Below are positions 61,715-64,000 of a stretch of 64,000 nucleotides of DNA, piece by piece. Made by a program: the position numbers and the translations under genes. How positions within the stretch are numbered: the first letter of the stretch is position 1; each line of letters opens with the position of its first letter. Source of the DNA: Escherichia coli (GTDB lineage: Bacteria; Pseudomonadota; Gammaproteobacteria; Enterobacterales; Enterobacteriaceae); assembly GCF_017348835.2 (NCBI RefSeq), contig NZ_CP071375.1. The stretch is one strand, 5' to 3'. Under the pieces are notes generated by a model. That model saw only the letters and a list, made by a program, of their open reading frames with translations, had not been told where the DNA came from and made no database searches.

Positions 61715-62827
61715 ATGACCGCCTTAAATAAAAAATGGCTTTCGGGTCTGGTTGCGGGTGCTCTGATGGCCGTCTCTGTCGGCACGCTCGCGGCTGAACA
61801 AAAAACACTCCACATTTATAACTGGTCTGATTATATCGCCCCCGACACGGTGGCTAACTTTGAAAAAGAAACCGGTATTAAAGTCGTCTACGATGTTTTC
61901 GACTCTAACGAAGTACTGGAAGGCAAATTAATGGCCGGGAGCACCGGCTTTGACCTGGTGGTGCCGTCAGCAAGCTTTCTTGAACGCCAGCTGACAGCGG
62001 GAGTTTTCCAGCCGCTGGATAAAAGCAAATTGCCGGAGTGGAAGAATCTCGACCCGGAACTGCTGAAGTTGGTCGCCAAACACGATCCCGACAATAAATT
62101 TGCTATGCCCTATATGTGGGCGACGACCGGGATTGGCTATAACGTCGATAAAGTCAAAGCGGTGCTGGGCGAAAACGCGCCCGTCGATAGCTGGGACTTG
62201 ATCCTCAAGCCTGAAAATCTGGAAAAACTGAAAAGCTGCGGTGTATCTTTCCTCGATGCGCCAGAAGAAGTTTTTGCTACCGTGCTGAATTATCTCGGCA
62301 AAGATCCAAACAGCACTAAAGCGGATGATTACACCGGACCGGCTACCGATCTGCTGTTAAAGCTGCGCCCGAACATTCGTTATTTCCATTCATCTCAATA
62401 CATTAACGACCTGGCAAACGGCGATATTTGCGTCGCTATCGGCTGGGCAGGTGATGTCTGGCAGGCGTCAAACCGCGCGAAGGAAGCGAAGAATGGCGTG
62501 AATGTCTCGTTCTCGATTCCAAAAGAAGGGGCGATGGCGTTCTTTGATGTATTCGCCATGCCTGCGGATGCCAAAAATAAAGACGAAGCCTATCAGTTCC
62601 TGAATTACCTGCTGCGTCCTGATGTGGTGGCACATATCTCTGACCATGTGTTCTATGCTAACGCTAATAAAGCAGCCACGCCGCTGGTGAGTGCGGAAGT
62701 CCGTGATAACCCGGGTATTTATCCGCCTGCGGATGTCCGCGCGAAGTTGTTCACTCTGAAAGTACAGGATCCGAAAATCGACCGTGTGCGCACCCGCGCG
62801 TGGACCAAAGTGAAGAGCGGAAAATAA
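61715..62827 (+). CDS. potF: Putrescine-binding periplasmic protein PotF
   Basis: ORF 61565..62827 trimmed to MTALNKKWLSG signal-peptide start (370 aa); GGAAAGAG RBS. Confidence 0.9.
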   Translation: MTALNKKWLSGLVAGALMAVSVGTLAAEQKTLHIYNWSDYIAPDTVANFEKETGIKVVYDVFDSNEVLEGKLMAGSTGFDLVVPSASFLERQLTAGVFQPLDKSKLPEWKNLDPELLKLVAKHDPDNKFAMPYMWATTGIGYNVDKVKAVLGENAPVDSWDLILKPENLEKLKSCGVSFLDAPEEVFATVLNYLGKDPNSTKADDYTGPATDLLLKLRPNIRYFHSSQYINDLANGDICVAIGWAGDVWQASNRAKEAKNGVNVSFSIPKEGAMAFFDVFAMPADAKNKDEAYQFLNYLLRPDVVAHISDHVFYANANKAATPLVSAEVRDNPGIYPPADVRAKLFTLKVQDPKIDRVRTRAWTKVKSGK

Positions 62828-62921
62828 TCCGCAGCCTTAGATGCCGGGCGGGAGCGCCACTCCCTCCGGCAATTCGCACCAACATGGTGCGCTTGCACAC
62901 ATTTAATGCCGGAGAGCAGCC

Positions 62922-64000
62922 GTGAATGACGCTATCCCTCGCCCCCAGGCGAAAACCCGTAAGGCGCTGACCCCGCTATTAGAAATCCGCAATCTGACCA
63001 AATCCTACGATGGTCAGCATGCGGTTGATGATGTCAGCCTGACCATCTACAAAGGTGAAATCTTTGCGCTGCTGGGCGCATCCGGCTGTGGCAAGTCCAC
63101 GCTGCTGCGTATGCTGGCAGGTTTCGAACAACCTTCTGCCGGACAGATAATGCTTGATGGCGTCGATTTGTCACAGGTTCCGCCTTACCTGCGCCCCATC
63201 AATATGATGTTTCAGTCTTACGCGCTGTTTCCGCATATGACCGTGGAACAGAACATTGCTTTTGGCCTGAAACAGGACAAACTACCGAAAGCGGAAATTG
63301 CCAGCCGGGTCAATGAGATGCTCGGCCTTGTGCATATGCAGGAGTTCGCCAAACGCAAACCGCATCAGCTTTCCGGTGGTCAGCGACAGCGTGTGGCCCT
63401 GGCCCGAAGCCTTGCCAAACGCCCGAAACTATTACTGCTCGATGAGCCGATGGGCGCGCTGGATAAAAAGCTGCGTGACCGGATGCAGCTTGAAGTGGTG
63501 GATATTCTGGAGCGCGTCGGTGTGACCTGCGTGATGGTTACTCACGATCAGGAAGAGGCGATGACCATGGCGGGGCGCATCGCCATTATGAATCGTGGGA
63601 AATTTGTCCAGATTGGCGAACCGGAAGAGATCTACGAGCATCCGACCACCCGCTATAGCGCTGAATTTATCGGTTCGGTTAATGTCTTTGAAGGTGTACT
63701 CAAAGAGCGTCAGGAAGATGGTCTGGTGCTTTATTCGCCGGGGCTGGTGCATCCACTGAAAGTCGATGCGGATGCTTCAGTGGTCGATAACGTGCCGGTA
63801 CACGTAGCGCTGCGTCCGGAAAAAATCATGCTTTGCGAAGAGCCGCCCGCCAATGGTTGTAACTTCGCGGTGGGGGAGGTGATACACATTGCCTATCTCG
63901 GCGATCTTTCGGTGTATCACGTTCGTCTGAAAAGTGGGCAGATGATTAGCGCCCAGCTACAAAACGCCCATCGTCATCGTAAAGGGTTACCGACCTGGGG
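62922..64000 (+). CDS. potG: Putrescine ABC transporter ATP-binding protein PotG, 5' portion (3' end lies beyond window)
   Basis: GTG start giving (M)NDAIPRPQAKTRK; Walker A GASGCGKST and LSGGQRQR signature; frame open to window end. Confidence 0.85.
   Translation, partial: MNDAIPRPQAKTRKALTPLLEIRNLTKSYDGQHAVDDVSLTIYKGEIFALLGASGCGKSTLLRMLAGFEQPSAGQIMLDGVDLSQVPPYLRPINMMFQSYALFPHMTVEQNIAFGLKQDKLPKAEIASRVNEMLGLVHMQEFAKRKPHQLSGGQRQRVALARSLAKRPKLLLLDEPMGALDKKLRDRMQLEVVDILERVGVTCVMVTHDQEEAMTMAGRIAIMNRGKFVQIGEPEEIYEHPTTRYSAEFIGSVNVFEGVLKERQEDGLVLYSPGLVHPLKVDADASVVDNVPVHVALRPEKIMLCEEPPANGCNFAVGEVIHIAYLGDLSVYHVRLKSGQMISAQLQNAHRHRKGLPTW

Overview
This window reads as a contiguous stretch of Escherichia coli K-12-type core chromosome, running from the 3' part of dinG to the 5' part of potG. 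Gene order, lengths and several products I can recite from memory (MntS, McbA, RybB, Dps, GlnH) match that locus; no database search was run, so gene names are recalled, not verified. The one clearly accessory element is a complete 1426-bp IS4 copy inserted in the TonB-dependent catecholate siderophore receptor gene fiu, flanked by a 12-bp direct repeat (cccacgccgggg), which splits fiu into two fragments. Removing the IS and one repeat copy restores an intact 760-codon fiu. I found no CRISPR array, tRNA, rRNA, prophage or integrase signal, and no defence island; I do not see evidence for an undescribed multi-gene system. The least-characterised coherent locus is ybiU-ybiV-ybiW-ybiY next to fsaA, a glycyl-radical enzyme plus activase flanked by a sugar phosphatase and an aldolase. 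Other annotated content includes the glnHPQ operon with its sigma-54 promoter and NtrC sites, dps, rhtA, ompX, mntS/mntR, moeAB, iaaA-gsiABCD, the pdeI-dgcI c-di-GMP pair, the sigma-E-dependent sRNA rybB, the ybjC-nfsA-rimK-ybjN cluster and several REP/BIME clusters. Where the six-frame track gave N-terminally extended ORFs I trimmed to the internal start that matches the known protein length and has a plausible ribosome-binding site.
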